In this document: piece after piece, positions 56,580-64,000 of the stretch
Position numbering within the stretch: the stretch's first letter is position 1
Layout: the number at the start of each line of letters is the position of its first letter
Virus record (IMG/VR): IMGVR_UViG_3300042348_001111
Location: 43,453 to 107,452 of that record
Direction: 5' to 3' (one strand)
Length of the DNA stretch: 64,000 bases
Origin: a virus
Lineage: Duplodnaviria; Heunggongvirae; Uroviricota; Caudoviricetes
Notes under the pieces: model-generated
The model's database searches: none
Told to the model about the DNA's origin: nothing
Seen by the model: only the letters and a program-made list of their open reading frames with translations
Made by a program: the position numbers and the translations under genes

Positions 56580-56652
56580 CCATTAGTGTTTTTAAAAAAA
56601 CAACCACCTGAAAAGTAAGAGTTTATGTATTCAATTAAAATTTAACAAACCT

Positions 56653-57627
56653 ATGGGTATTTTTGACAAACGCGTGGCTTTTAAACCTTATGAGTATCCT
56701 GAAATTATAAAGTTCAGGGAAGCCATCAAACACAGTCGCTGGGACGTAGAAGAGTTCAACTTTGACTCTGACGCCTTTGACTTTAAACACAAACTTGAAC
56801 CTCGTGAAAAAGAGGCAATCAAAAGAACCTTATTGGCTATATCACAGATAGAAGTATCTGTAAAAACATTCTGGGCTAAACTAGGGGAACACATCCCTAA
56901 ACCAGAATTTAACTCTGTAGGGATCACCTTTGCAGAAAACGAGGTTGTCCACTCTGAAGCATATAGCAAGTTGCTAGAAGTACTAGGGTTAAACGACGAA
57001 TTTGACATGCTCCTTCAAAACCCTGTTATTGGAGGACGTGTAGAGTATTTGACTAAATACTTAAAAAACTCAGGGGAAAATGCAAAGCAAGTTTACACTC
57101 TAAACCTGGCTTTGTTTTCAATGTTTATTGAGAATGTATCACTATTCTCGCAATTTGCTATTGTCAAGTCTTTTATTGAGAAAAAGAATCTGCTCAAAGA
57201 AGTTGATACTGTCATTGAAGCAACCATGAAGGAAGAGATTATTCACGCGCAGCTTGGCATGCATGTGATTAACTTAATCAAGAAAGAATATCCTGAATGG
57301 TTTGATGAAGACTTTTATCAAAAAATCTATCGTGCTTGTCACAAAGCATTTGATGCTGAAGTACGCATTATTGATTGGATCTTTGAAAACGGAGAGATAG
57401 ACTCTATTTCAAAAGCTTCTGTAATTGAGTTTATTAAGTCACGCTTTAATAGCTCTCTTACTGCTATAGGTGGCATAGAGCTTTTTGATATCAATGAGGA
57501 GTTGCTTAGCGATCTCTATTGGATGGTAGAAGCCATTTATGGATATGTGCGTAATGATTTTTTCAACACACAAGGAACCAACTATACAAAGTTTCAAAAG
57601 GCAATAACCAGTAAAGACCTATTTTAA
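56653..57627 (+). CDS. nrdB: Ribonucleotide reductase class I small subunit
   Basis: Ferritin-like diiron ligand motifs (EVVHSEAYS, EEIIHAQ). 324 aa. Confidence 0.8.
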   Translation: MGIFDKRVAFKPYEYPEIIKFREAIKHSRWDVEEFNFDSDAFDFKHKLEPREKEAIKRTLLAISQIEVSVKTFWAKLGEHIPKPEFNSVGITFAENEVVHSEAYSKLLEVLGLNDEFDMLLQNPVIGGRVEYLTKYLKNSGENAKQVYTLNLALFSMFIENVSLFSQFAIVKSFIEKKNLLKEVDTVIEATMKEEIIHAQLGMHVINLIKKEYPEWFDEDFYQKIYRACHKAFDAEVRIIDWIFENGEIDSISKASVIEFIKSRFNSSLTAIGGIELFDINEELLSDLYWMVEAIYGYVRNDFFNTQGTNYTKFQKAITSKDLF

Positions 57628-57628
57628 A

Positions 57629-59287
57629 ATGACAACTACAACACTACACATGGACTGGTATACGCCCCTCAGTCAAGAATTTATGGGACGTGGATATTTT
57701 CACAACAACGAGACTATTGATGACAGGATAGAATCCATAGGTAACATGGTGGGTGAAACATTCAATGATGAAACACTCAAAGGTAAGGTCAAAGATTACA
57801 TTAGACGTGGTTACTATGTATTGCCGTCACCAGTTTGGTCTAACGCCGGCACTAATCGCGGTTCTGGTATCTCCTGCTTTAACACGCATGTTTCTGATAC
57901 CATTGAGTCTATTGTAAAAGCAAATGCTGAAGTAGGCATGCTTTGCAAGATTGGCGGAGGTACCTCTGGCTACTTTGGTGAGTTGCGTCCTGCAGGTACT
58001 ACTATTTCAACTGGCGGAGAAACACACGGGGCTGTGCACTTCATGCAAATGTTTGACACCACCAAGAATGTCATCTCACAAGGCAACGTTAGACGAGGAG
58101 AGTTTGCTGCTTATCTTGACATCACCCATGGTGACATTAAAGATTTCTTAAGGATCAATGGTGAGGGACACAAGCTGCAGCGTTTTCCCTTTGGCGTTTG
58201 TGTTCCTGACAAGTGGATTGAAGAGATGAAAGCTGGTGACATGGACAAGCGTGAGCTCTGGGCCATGGTGCTTGACTCTCGCAACAGAACCGGTTTCCCA
58301 TACATCTTCTTTACAGACAACGTAAACAATAATACTGTAGACGTTTACAAAGACAAAAAGATGAGGATCAACTCTTCTAACATGTGCACGGAGATCCTGC
58401 TGCCCTCCACAGAACAGGAGACTTTTGTGTGTGACCTGGTAGGCATGAACCTTGTAAAATATGATGAGTGGAAAGAAACAGACGCCGTAGGTGTAGCAGT
58501 TTATATTGCTGATGCTGTACTTCAAGAATTTATTAACAAGTACAAAAACACACCGTTTATTGAACGTGCGATAAATTTTGCGCATAACCATCGCGCTATA
58601 GGTATTGGAGCGTCAGGTTATCATTCTTACCTACAGAGTAAAATGATACCGTTTGAGTCAATGGAAGCTAAGATGATCAATGTTCAAATTTTCAAAACCA
58701 TTCAGACTCAAGCATGGTCCGCATCTAAAGAAATGGCTGAGCGTTTTGGTGAACCAAAAGTACTGGCAGGCTGTGGAAGACGACACACAACACTTACAGC
58801 TGTTGCACCCAACACATCTTCGTCTTTCATTATGGGTCAGCAATCACAGTCTATTGAACCATACACATCTAATTATTACATCAAAAAGACTGCTAAAGTC
58901 AAACATGCTGTTAAAAATCCATATTTAAAACAGTTGCTTGAGCAAAAAGGCAAGGACACTTTTGAAGTGTGGGAGTCAATTTTGCAACGCGCCGGATCTG
59001 TACAACATCTTGACTTTTTAAGCAGTCACGAGAAGCTTGTCTTTAGAACTTTTGTAGAGATTTCTCAGATGGAGATTATCATTCAAGCGGCAGCTCGTCA
59101 AAAGTATATTGATCAAGGACAGAGTCTTAATCTAATGATACATCCTCAAACAGCAACCAGGGATGTGAACACACTTCTCTTAAAAGCTCATGAACTAGGT
59201 GTAAAGACCTTATATTATCAACTTGGTCAAAACGCCGCACAAGAGTTTGCTAGAGACATATTATCTTGCGAAAGTTGCGCAGGGTAA
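57629..59287 (+). CDS. nrdA: Ribonucleotide reductase class I large subunit (no ATP-cone)
   Basis: SNMCTEILLPS active-site region and a C-terminal Cys pair. 552 aa. Confidence 0.8.
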   Translation: MTTTTLHMDWYTPLSQEFMGRGYFHNNETIDDRIESIGNMVGETFNDETLKGKVKDYIRRGYYVLPSPVWSNAGTNRGSGISCFNTHVSDTIESIVKANAEVGMLCKIGGGTSGYFGELRPAGTTISTGGETHGAVHFMQMFDTTKNVISQGNVRRGEFAAYLDITHGDIKDFLRINGEGHKLQRFPFGVCVPDKWIEEMKAGDMDKRELWAMVLDSRNRTGFPYIFFTDNVNNNTVDVYKDKKMRINSSNMCTEILLPSTEQETFVCDLVGMNLVKYDEWKETDAVGVAVYIADAVLQEFINKYKNTPFIERAINFAHNHRAIGIGASGYHSYLQSKMIPFESMEAKMINVQIFKTIQTQAWSASKEMAERFGEPKVLAGCGRRHTTLTAVAPNTSSSFIMGQQSQSIEPYTSNYYIKKTAKVKHAVKNPYLKQLLEQKGKDTFEVWESILQRAGSVQHLDFLSSHEKLVFRTFVEISQMEIIIQAAARQKYIDQGQSLNLMIHPQTATRDVNTLLLKAHELGVKTLYYQLGQNAAQEFARDILSCESCAG

Positions 59288-59308
59288 CTTGAGATTTAAA
59301 CCAACATT

Positions 59309-59926
59309 ATGAAAGACTTATATGATTTTTTAGTACTGAACAAAGTCAGTCCTAACGGATTGTTTGTTCTGCACTGTACACACAATTTATACATGTACCC
59401 TAATTATGTCAATTTTAACCATGAGCAGTACAGGTTAGAAATAACCGGTCATCTACGTAAAGAAAACGCAGGTGTTGGTTCTGTTTACAAAATTACAGAA
59501 AAGGGTCTGCACCTGCTTAGAGAAGCAGAGCATATTTTGACAAAAATGAAGCGTGCCAAGAAGTCTGTAAACATTGAAAACTGGGAAGAGCATGTAACCA
59601 AGTACAATGAAATGTTTCCTAAAGGCAAAAAAGAAGGTTCTTCTGTTAGCTTTCGCACTAACCCGCGTGAGTTAATGGATCGCTTCATGTGGTTTTTCAA
59701 AGAGTATCCTGAGTACACTTGGGATCATGTATTTCAAGCCACAGAAAAATACCTTAACACGTTTGATGAGTCTACAGGTTTTACTTACATGCAAACCTCT
59801 AAGTACTTTATCAAAAAAGATGACAAGAGTAAAACAACAACATCAACCTTGGCCACAATGTGCTACAACATTGTTGAAGGTAATGACACTGAAGTCTCTT
59901 CAGGATATCATTACTTTGGGCCTTAA
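59309..59926 (+). CDS. Hypothetical protein
   Basis: 205 aa. Confidence 0.4.
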   Translation: MKDLYDFLVLNKVSPNGLFVLHCTHNLYMYPNYVNFNHEQYRLEITGHLRKENAGVGSVYKITEKGLHLLREAEHILTKMKRAKKSVNIENWEEHVTKYNEMFPKGKKEGSSVSFRTNPRELMDRFMWFFKEYPEYTWDHVFQATEKYLNTFDESTGFTYMQTSKYFIKKDDKSKTTTSTLATMCYNIVEGNDTEVSSGYHYFGP

Positions 59927-59943
59927 ACAAAACACAAAAATTT

Positions 59944-60342
59944 ATGAAAGCAATTTTTATTAATGCGCGTGACAAGCGTGTTGAGCAAGTAGATATTGAT
60001 CCCGGTCTTGAGGAGCTATACAAAAAACTAGATGTCAGAGTTATCACTGTAGCATATTCACAAGATCCTGCTATTGCAGACGATCTAATTGTGGACGATG
60101 AGGCGCTGCTAAAAAATGTTTCTGACTTACCAGGAGGTTTCTGGGCAGATTTCTACCCTTCACAACCACTAATGGGCAACGCTCTAATGATGGGTGTTGA
60201 CCCAGAAACCGGTGAAAGCACAGACTGCACAGTGACTCTAGAAGAAATTACCAAGCGTGTCAGGTTTCTGACAGATGACGAGCTCAAGTATTTTTACAAT
60301 CTTCTTAAAGACATCCCTGCTGTTGTCATTCCACTGCCATGA
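59944..60342 (+). CDS. Hypothetical protein
   Basis: 132 aa. Confidence 0.4.
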   Translation: MKAIFINARDKRVEQVDIDPGLEELYKKLDVRVITVAYSQDPAIADDLIVDDEALLKNVSDLPGGFWADFYPSQPLMGNALMMGVDPETGESTDCTVTLEEITKRVRFLTDDELKYFYNLLKDIPAVVIPLP

Positions 60343-61019
60343 AAAACACAGTAGAACTTTTAGGATACTATGGGACAGACCTGGTTCACGCACAGTCAGC
60401 GTGGACCAGTACGTCCAGGGACTTGTCTGAAGAAAAACTGGAGCGGGTTGATAAGCTACTTCACATGCTGGCCAGTGAAGGTCATCACACACCTTTTGAG
60501 AAATCTAGTTTACACTTCCTGGTTACTGTAGACCAAGCAACGCATATACACCTTCTCAAGCACCGTATTGGTGTAAGTATCAACGGTGAGAGCGCACGTT
60601 ACAAGGAGCTCACAGAAGACAAGAATTATCTTCCTGATGACTGGAACAGTATTCCTTCAAGACTCAGTATGGTAAAACGTCAAGTTGGTTATCAAAAAGA
60701 AGACCTGCCAACATGGTTAAACATTCTGGAAGAATACGTCACTGCAGGTAACTGGTTGTATCACGAGGCACTTAAAGATCTAACACCTGTACTGGGACGC
60801 AAGCGTGCCAAAGAATCAGCCAGGTTCTTTAAGACCATGAATTCTCAGATCACCATGGACGTGATGTTTAACTGGCGTTCCTTTGTACATTTTCTGAAAC
60901 TACGCAACTCTGAGCATGCTCAGAAAGAAATACGCGAACTAGCACAACAGATGCTAAAACTTGTAAAGGAGATACCTGGAGCTCCTTTTGCAAAAACTAT
61001 CCAAGCGTTTGAACTTTGA
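60339..61019 (+). CDS. thyX: Flavin-dependent thymidylate synthase
   Basis: ThyX signature KHRIGVSINGESARY (RHRxxSxxxxSxRY). Confidence 0.8.
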   Translation: MKNTVELLGYYGTDLVHAQSAWTSTSRDLSEEKLERVDKLLHMLASEGHHTPFEKSSLHFLVTVDQATHIHLLKHRIGVSINGESARYKELTEDKNYLPDDWNSIPSRLSMVKRQVGYQKEDLPTWLNILEEYVTAGNWLYHEALKDLTPVLGRKRAKESARFFKTMNSQITMDVMFNWRSFVHFLKLRNSEHAQKEIRELAQQMLKLVKEIPGAPFAKTIQAFEL

Positions 61020-61043
61020 GACAGTTCAATTAAGTGGAAAAGA

Positions 61044-61088
61044 AAAAGGGCCTTGAGTAGAAACTCTTGGCCCTTTTCTTTTTTTAAC
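61044..61088. terminator. Bidirectional terminator hairpin (AAAGGGCC...GGCCCTTT) between convergent genes
   Basis: Stem flanked by A-run and T-run. Confidence 0.55.
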
Positions 61089-61097
61089 AGGTATGTT

Positions 61098-61547
61098 TTA
61101 ACCCAAGTTCAACAATCCAAAGAACGCAGGATAGTTTGCGTCTGTTTCTAAACCTTCAAATTCTTCAATAGTAAACGCGTGATGTTCAACTTCTTTTTCA
61201 ACTTGTACTACATCATTCCATTCTTTGACAAACTTATTATAATTAGGGTTAACAACTTGCTTGTCTGATTCACCTTTTTTACCTTTCTCAATGATTGTAG
61301 GTTCTACATTAATGTAACCGGACGCATTGAGTTTGCCATATTGATTTACAAGTTCAATACGCATTTCTTCTGTTGTGGTATAAACTTCTGAAGCAACTTT
61401 AGCAACAGTAGTAATGTGGAATTTAAGTACAAAAGGAAGCTTTTCTTGAAGCAATCCTTTTACACCCGACGTGGGATTACCGTTCAACTCTACATGAATA
61501 TCACGTAATTGTTGAACTGTGAGTTTGGTTTTTTTATTTTTGGCCAT
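61098..61547 (-). CDS. Hypothetical (possibly structural) protein
   Basis: 149 aa. Confidence 0.4.
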   Translation of the reverse strand: MAKNKKTKLTVQQLRDIHVELNGNPTSGVKGLLQEKLPFVLKFHITTVAKVASEVYTTTEEMRIELVNQYGKLNASGYINVEPTIIEKGKKGESDKQVVNPNYNKFVKEWNDVVQVEKEVEHHAFTIEEFEGLETDANYPAFFGLLNLG

Positions 61548-61602
61548 AAGTGTGTGTGTTTAAACTGTACAAAGATACATGTCTTTTACAGATAATGCAA
61601 CT

Positions 61603-61749
61603 ACTTACCTTGACCTCTGTAAGGTTTTTTATAGTTTCTGCTGCTTTTTGCACGACTTTGTTTTGTCTTTGCATGAACACCTGGGCGCTTTATTTTAGGA
61701 CCTACATTAAATGTCACTGTAGAAGTAACCTTAGTTTTGGCTGCCATAA
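61603..61749 (-). CDS. Small, very basic protein (48 aa), not in the ORF track
   Basis: Minus-strand ATG at 61749. Product MAAKTKVTSTVTFNVGPKIKRPGVHAKTKQSRAKSSRNYKKPYRGQGK. Lies between two minus-strand genes. Confidence 0.3.
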
Positions 61750-61805
61750 TTAAATTGTTTTATCAGAGTTAGTTTTTGTAAAGTTTTTTGTTAATCTAAA
61801 AAAGA

Positions 61806-62579
61806 TTATGGAACATACGGTGTATAGCAAGGAACTAAAACAATAACTCCATCAAGTTTAATTTCCATCCAATAATCAGGTGTACCTAATACATTACTAT
61901 CTTGAGTAATTCCAATTACTTTATTTATAGTATTACCCCCACTTGAAGTGTATTCAAGTGGTGAGTTACTACTTTGTGTAGAATCAATATTAAGATATTT
62001 ACTACTTCCTGGATCTGTTGATAAATGTATCCAGTGTGCAGGATCAACATGAAAACCTACTCCGTTAGCATCTGCGCGCAGTCTTCTTGTACCGCCGCTT
62101 GCAAGTGCAATAGCATCTGTGGCAGGAAAGTAAATGCCTGTGTTGGTATCATTACCATTTAAACCTGCATTAATTATAGGTGTACTAACGCTTCCTGCGC
62201 CAAGACTTATTGTTCCAGTTCCTGTTATTCTTAATACTTCTGTGGTCCCACCATAAAAACTAAACTTATCAGTGCTAACATTACCTGGAATACTTAACCA
62301 AAATGTTGATGTATCTATACCCAATGCATAGTCCATTGCTGAACCACTTAGCGAAGGATATAATACAAGTTTGGTGCCAACACTCCTGGTTGTAAACGTA
62401 GGAGCAGCAACACCGTTAGTGTTAAAGTCTATTCTATTACCAGTAGCACCATTAAGATAAATCTGACCACCTCCAGTAGCAACATCATTTGCTTTTGTAG
62501 AAAGAATTTGATCATTTGGGTCAATGACATTTATAAGATCAAACTTTCCAGATATTGGATTAAATACAACTGTGGTCAT
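61806..62579 (-). CDS. Gly/Thr/Ser-rich tail fibre-like structural protein
   Basis: Composition and repetitive G-x-T-G motifs. Sits in the leftward structural block. Confidence 0.4.
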   Translation of the reverse strand: MTTVVFNPISGKFDLINVIDPNDQILSTKANDVATGGGQIYLNGATGNRIDFNTNGVAAPTFTTRSVGTKLVLYPSLSGSAMDYALGIDTSTFWLSIPGNVSTDKFSFYGGTTEVLRITGTGTISLGAGSVSTPIINAGLNGNDTNTGIYFPATDAIALASGGTRRLRADANGVGFHVDPAHWIHLSTDPGSSKYLNIDSTQSSNSPLEYTSSGGNTINKVIGITQDSNVLGTPDYWMEIKLDGVIVLVPCYTPYVP

Positions 62580-62773
62580 GCTGTCTGAGTAATATTTGAC
62601 AATTTACCACTGATGTATGTTAAAGTCAAAACTCTTACAACAACACCTGCTTTTTTATAGGTTACAGTTGCAATATGATCGCCACTGTAGGTAAGATCAA
62701 TACTGTCATGTTCTGGAATTTTAAATCCTAAAACGCTATCAACCCAAGGATAATTTTGATTACCTATCTGCAT
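62576..62773 (-). CDS. Hypothetical small protein
   Basis: 65 aa, overlapping its neighbours. Confidence 0.3.
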   Translation of the reverse strand: MQIGNQNYPWVDSVLGFKIPEHDSIDLTYSGDHIATVTYKKAGVVVRVLTLTYISGKLSNITQTA

Positions 62774-62941
62774 TTTCTACATCTTTTAAAAGCGACTCAC
62801 GTTCAGTTTCAAGTTGTTGAATTTCTGTGCGATAACGTGTAATTTCTGAAATATCGCCTACCAACAGTGATCCCGCAAGACACGTGTTTAGAAACAATAA
62901 CTTTTTTTGTATAAGTTCAATTTTTTCTAAAGTATCCATAA

Positions 62942-64000
62942 TTAATATATCATGATTCTTCTGAGAATGTTTGTGGTATTACCCAAACAGTATAACCATT
63001 TAATGTCTTGTCCGGTTCCATCAGAATATGCAACTGTAAAACTTTTGTCACCTAATACTGCAGTAGATTGAGGATAAAAGTCAGTACTAAAACCTGTAAT
63101 TTCATTTTCTACTACGTCTACATAAAAAATTCTACCAGTAGCTTCTTTGTTGGCATATATTCTTGAACCATCTGCATCAAAAGAACTACCTGTTGTAAAA
63201 GTCTCTTGTAAACGAATGTAATTCACATCTGTCCAAGTAAGTAAAGCAATATCATAACGATGCAACGTTCCCGTAGCTGCACCTCTGAAAGAATAAATAA
63301 ACCTTCCGTCAAGAATATTATTTTCATCTTGCCATGCGGTTTTACCAGTTTTGGAAATCCAATTTGCACTCATTCCAGTACCAGGTGCACTACTTCTAGC
63401 ACCTCCATTGACAGTGGCTGTAGCAACAGTACCTGAAGATATAGTTAATCTGTACATTGTAACGACTCCATTGCCTAAAATATAAATAAAATCGTCATTA
63501 CCCTCAATTGCATACACAGAAGTTGAGTCGGGAGTTACTGTCCATGCCACAGATACAGTAAGTGATGTAGCAGTATTGCTAGATATTGTTCGTACTTGTC
63601 CTGCACCTGTACCTGAAACTATTCTAACTTGGTAGTTTGACCATTGGTTAAGTGTCCAGTTTTTTGAACTATTTACCAAAGTACTTGAACCTGAAGCATT
63701 AGCTGTTCCAGAAGCAAAAACACCTGTATTTGAGGGTGTTGAGACCATTCTACCGTCAGTACCCCAAGATGCTGGCAAGGTTCCTTGGGCTAGTTGTGTG
63801 ACAGTTCCTGTAGCAACATCATATGATTTAAATACGCCAGCTGCCCATGCAGTATACGCATTTAAAACATAGTACACACCAGAATCAATTTTGAATGTGT
63901 GTGCGCTTGTTACAGCATTTGGCACAGCTGTTTTTAAAAATATGGTATGTGTTCCTCCAGGTACAATCGTCACTCTATCAATTACAGCTCTTACATTTAT
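62942..64000 (-). CDS. Gly/Thr/Ser-rich tail fibre-like protein, 5' end probably beyond the window
   Basis: The frame stays open to the window edge (the track's start is a GTG). Beta-rich Thr/Ser/Gly composition. Confidence 0.4.
   Translation of the reverse strand: MNVRAVIDRVTIVPGGTHTIFLKTAVPNAVTSAHTFKIDSGVYYVLNAYTAWAAGVFKSYDVATGTVTQLAQGTLPASWGTDGRMVSTPSNTGVFASGTANASGSSTLVNSSKNWTLNQWSNYQVRIVSGTGAGQVRTISSNTATSLTVSVAWTVTPDSTSVYAIEGNDDFIYILGNGVVTMYRLTISSGTVATATVNGGARSSAPGTGMSANWISKTGKTAWQDENNILDGRFIYSFRGAATGTLHRYDIALLTWTDVNYIRLQETFTTGSSFDADGSRIYANKEATGRIFYVDVVENEITGFSTDFYPQSTAVLGDKSFTVAYSDGTGQDIKWLYCLGNTTNILRRIMIY

Noticed and set aside
58111-58591. Antisense ORFs inside nrdA (58111-58329 and 58148-58591)
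   Set aside because: They sit inside a well-conserved gene on the opposite strand.
61550-61753. 67-aa plus-strand ORF between minus-strand structural genes
   Set aside because: It is Cys/Phe/Leu-rich nonsense on the wrong strand for the block. The minus-strand 48-aa basic ORF is the better reading of this interval.

Overview
The window is a 64 kb stretch of a virulent dsDNA phage genome: about 38% GC, densely packed, with no integrase seen. Upstream of starts there are no Shine-Dalgarno sequences but there are TAnnTTTG-type -7 boxes, so the host is probably a Bacteroidetes or Flavobacteriia bacterium. The gene content is also compatible with a crAss-like or other large flavobacterial phage (inference).

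Layout:
- Leftward structural block (2-9339): partial acidic head protein, a large portal candidate (908 aa), a large-terminase candidate (732 aa), a PD-(D/E)XK nuclease, a GroES-like protein and a degenerate tRNA-like element.
- Divergent promoter at 9340-9443.
- Long rightward block (9444-54455):
  - a GC-rich island carrying a PRTase-like protein and Zn-ribbon proteins, then phoH;
  - four single-gene promoter/terminator cassettes;
  - a noncoding region with tRNA-Leu and a second tRNA-Leu-like gene interrupted by about 60 nt;
  - an AT-rich block of small genes;
  - HNH and GIY-YIG homing endonucleases;
  - a membrane-anchored glucosaminidase;
  - a MoxR-family AAA+ (CobS-like) and vWA (CobT-like) gene pair, in which the ATPase carries a novel tandem N-terminal domain;
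  - an SPFH/band-7 lipoprotein;
  - dUTPase and family-1 uracil-DNA glycosylase;
  - a replication module: SF2 helicase, DnaB-like helicase, Sak4-like ATPase, DnaG-like primase, RecB-family nuclease, family-B DNA polymerase and an SSB-like protein;
  - a dNMP kinase.
- Leftward lysis cassette (54525-56370): TIGR02594-like peptidase, secreted protein, dual-start holin and an i-spanin-like protein.
- Rightward nrdB-nrdA-thyX cluster (56653-61019).
- Leftward Gly/Thr-rich tail-fiber-like genes at the right end.

Most worth a second look: the MoxR/vWA pair with its thrice-repeated unknown domain and the palindrome cluster upstream of it, the tRNA/tRNA-like elements, and the recurring promoter-like motifs around them.
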